Assembly (NCBI RefSeq): GCF_036321535.1
Contig: NC_087437.1
Coordinates: 22,694,001-22,758,000, forward strand
From: Camelus dromedarius
Lineage: Eukaryota
Length of the DNA: 64,000 nucleotides
Direction of reading: 5' to 3'
Each line of letters starts with the position of its first letter. Within the stretch, counting starts at the first letter, position 1. The translations under genes and the position numbers were made by a program. The notes under the pieces are model-generated. The model made no database searches, was not told the origin of the DNA, and saw only the letters and a program-made list of their open reading frames with translations. Below are positions 60,793 to 64,000 of this stretch, piece by piece.

Positions 60793-62553
60793 TTTTTTTT
60801 TAACAAGTAAATGTACAAAGCCCCAAGGAATCTCAAAGAAGAGGTTAATTAACTCCACCCCTAAAGTGTTAGGGAAGGCTTCACAGAGGAGGTTCTTAAG
60901 GATGCATAGGATTTGCAAGGTAGAGAAGAGGGTGTGGATTTTCTAGGGAGAAGCACATGGAAATCAATGAGTACAGGGCTAATCAGGCGCTTCAGGCAGT
61001 TTGGGATGGCCCACTAGAGCAGCTGGGGCAAGGGCCCCAGAGCAGCTGAGAAACAGAGCATGTTCAAGAGGAGGAGATGGTTGCCAAGATCTTGAAGAAG
61101 AACAAAGTGAGCTCCTTTGGGGAGGTAGATTTGCTCTGTCTTGGAGCAGAGGAAACAGTGTTTGGAGACAATTATCTAAAGAGAGAACTGAGATACAGTG
61201 GGAACATGGAAAGGAAGTTAACATCAGAATTAGTTTATATTTATGTGAAAAAAAGAATTTAGCAGAGGAACTTGAGTCGAGGAATTTCAAGATAACAGGA
61301 ATAAAATAAAGCCCAAGGAAGCGTATCCTTGACCACTTTTAAGACTTTTTACAGTGGGAGACTCTGTAAGGCAAGGAATCTAAAATGTAATTTCAGTTGC
61401 TCAGATTCGAAAAACATGAACTAGGGATACAGGTGTGGAAAAAAAGAAGGAAAGAGTGTAATTAAATATTGGAAGGAAGCCAAACCAGTGGACACCATTT
61501 AACTGTCTGTAAGATAGTATTCACAAATATTAGAGATGAAGTGGCAACTCCACAATTTTTAACTGTTTACATGATATTAATCCACCTCCACCATCTTACC
61601 AAAGCGTTTGTCAGAACACTGATTTAGAGAGATGACATGGGTTTGAGTTTCAAATGTTACATGCATTCCCTAACATTTTCCTTTAGCAGTTTAGTTTTAC
61701 ACTGAGATTAGTCAGCTATAGAACACGAAGTAAAAATATATAATGCCTTCTGGTTATTTAGGGCTTTTGTTTTTTCTCTGCCCTCCCACAACCTTCCAAA
61801 TTCAAAGAACTAAAGGAATGTGTGAGTGTTGCTAAAAGGGACACATTTTATTGCTTTGTGCTATCAACTTGGTTTGAAGAAAAGTGTCTCATAAGGATTT
61901 CAGAACTGCTCTGGAGCATCTGCCAGCAAGAGTATCCCATGATATTCCAAGGTGGAAAGTGGTCCATGAAGCTGGTCCACCTTGGGATGCCTCATCCAAA
62001 GTTCTATCTTTGGACAGGTTAGAGTCATGGGAAATAACAAAGAGTCTCAACCATGAGATTGTCCACTATGGTAGGTTGTCCAATGTGGACTCCTATCCTT
62101 GGGGCATCCCAGACAACACATGCATGCACACTATATACACAAACACACAACACACACATTTCACAGCACTCTGGGATTCTTAACACAGCACTATAGGAAA
62201 CTTTTCTCTAAAAACTATTTCAGCCACCAGCTTATATTTAGCTAATACCCTTAGGAAGCTTACAGAAGAAATATAGAGATAGAGATATCTGACTAGAAAC
62301 ATACTGACTAAAACGAAATGATTCTTACTTTATAATATTTACACAAAGCAGACTTTTTTTTCCTCAGACCAGAGGTGGAAATGTCACAAAGTACTATAGA
62401 TAGTGAAAGAGGAAGGGCCTCTCCAATACATGAAGGTTGTCTTCCAAACTCCTTCTTCATCACAGGAGGGTAATGGAGTGAGAAAGAAAAAAGATAGAAG
62501 AAAACAAAGGAGACAAAACTAGGAACTGCATGTTCAGTTTCATTTTCCTGGTG

Positions 62554-62739
62554 AAGTAGTTCTCCTACTTTAGTGCATCAGAACCCTCTGGAAGGTTTGT
62601 TAAATCACTGCTTTGTTGGACTCCACCCCAAGTTTCTGACTTAGTAGGTCTGGGTTGGGCCCTACATCTTTGCATTTCCAACAAGTTTTCAGGCGATACT
62701 GGTATTGCTGGTCCTGGGACTTCACTGTGAGAAGCACTG
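62554..62739. mobile_element. MER5A hAT-Charlie MITE
   Basis: agtagttctc...tgcatcagaa...gtttctgacttagtaggtctggg...tgcatttccaacaagtt...gctggtcctgggacttcactgtgagaagcactg. Confidence 0.85.
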
Positions 62740-63289
62740 CCCTGGAAAACAAAGGTTCCTACCAATATGAGTGCCACCACAGTCATAGAACTGTCAAAAT
62801 CCATGCCATCTCAGGCTCATGCACACAGGATTTATTGAGCTTGGAGAGCCCAGAGCATAATTAATGCTTTTATTTTCAGTCTCTTCCAAAAATTCAATTC
62901 CATTAAACTAACATACGATGAAAGACTATTTTGCATGTTCCACATGATTTACAGTAACTTCCCCACCCATTCTGACAACCACAGGCATTTAAAACCAGAA
63001 TGGCCACAGACTTGCAACATCACCTTCCCTGATGCTGGGGCAGGTGTTTCCGGGTCAGCCTCATCACACTCCGTGGGAAATTTCAACCCAGCTGCTTGGC
63101 ATGTATGTACTTTCACATATTGCTCCCACTGTCTTTCCCATTCTGGGCTTTTTACTATAGACAGTATAACATTTCTGAAGCTCCAAGGTAAATAGAAAAC
63201 TTAACTACCTCACCTACCTTCCCCAAGGTCTCCCCACTCCTGACTTCATGGGAGAGTTACATACCAACAGCAGACTTTAATGAGAGGAC

Positions 63290-63950
63290 CACTGTGGCCA
63301 AAATCTGAGAGCATTAACTTTCAAAAATGCTGTTCTTGACAATTATTGTGTGCAGCCTTGGCCAAAGTTGTAAATTTTTGAGTTTCTGTTTCCTTATATA
63401 CAAACTGAAGATCCTCATGCCTATTTTCCATGGATATGGTGATTCGCAATGAAGGTTAGTATGTAGTGAGATCTCTGAATCTCTATCTTTCTTCTATAAA
63501 CTTTCTGAGATACTATCACCTGGCACAGAGTAGACATTTAGTAAATAACAGCAATTCTTCCAGGGCTAAATGTGGGATATAGGTGAAAGAACATGAGTTT
63601 TATGGTCCTTGGTTTGAAGGTCAGCCCAGCAAGTCACTTTATGTCTCTGAGTGTTGCTTTGATTATCTGTAACATAAAAATGATAATACCTCCCCCATTG
63701 TAACACACACATGCACACACAAACACACCCTTGTCTGTGATACGCAGTGACCTCATGGAGCCAAACTTGCCAAGGTCTGAGTCCAGCTGTGACATCTAGT
63801 AGATCTGTGACATTAAGCAAGTTACTTTATTTTTAATTTCTCAGTTTTTCCATCTAAAAAAAAAATCGTTGTTGTGAGGATTAAATGAACTAATATATGT
63901 AAAGTACTTATGACAGCAAAGTTCACACTGTAAATGCTATTTGTGTTAGT
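63290..63950 (+). mobile_element. Cluster of MIR fragments
   Basis: gccttggccaaagttg...gtttccttatatacaaa; gcaagtcactttatgtctctgag; ctcagtttttccatct...gttgtgaggattaaatgaactaatatatgtaaagtactt. Confidence 0.7.
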
Positions 63951-64000
63951 GATTTTTATTAGTTATTTCTTAAATTCCTTTTTATTATGTTATTTTGATA

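Noticed and set aside
54923..64000. SLC9A9 exon 1 or promoter
   Set aside because: I saw no sequence encoding the N-terminal ...FRFLHETGGAMVY segment and no CpG island, so it must lie beyond the window.
1..64000. Prokaryotic-type novel system (RT-associated array, CRISPR, defence locus)
   Set aside because: The only RT is LINE-1 ORF2. There are no regularly spaced repeat arrays or operon-like ORF clusters, and the DNA is mammalian intron.

Overview
This is eukaryotic, AT-rich, repeat-dense mammalian genomic DNA. It is probably camelid, judged from a tRNA-Ala-derived Vic-1-type SINE at ~50.2 kb. The whole window lies inside SLC9A9 (NHE9, endosomal Na+/K+-H+ exchanger) on the minus strand. Three coding exons have clean GT-AG boundaries and compatible phases: exon 2 (54720-54922, 203 nt), exon 3 (31502-31579, 78 nt) and exon 4 (29871-29947, 77 nt). 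Exons 1 and 5 lie outside the window. The rest is intron, holding the 3' 2.3 kb of a young LINE-1 whose ORF2 is open except for one nonsense codon, older L1/L2/MIR fragments, MaLR/ERV1/ERVL solo LTRs, hAT and Tigger MITEs, and microsatellites. Almost all other ORF-track entries are spurious. I did not find a convincing new multi-gene system. The most interesting signals are small: a 78-nt TSD-flanked orphan retro-insertion; a young 130-nt L1 tail in gene-sense orientation; two local templated duplications; a (CA)22 tract 82 nt downstream of the exon 2 donor; a second N-glycosylation sequon in the NHE9 luminal loop; inverted repeats bracketing exons 3-4; and several compact motif clusters (CTCF, MARE/G4, AP-1/M-box). 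Repeat subfamily names and comparisons with human proteins come from recalled consensus sequences and need RepeatMasker/Dfam/BLAST confirmation. Boundaries of old repeats are approximate.
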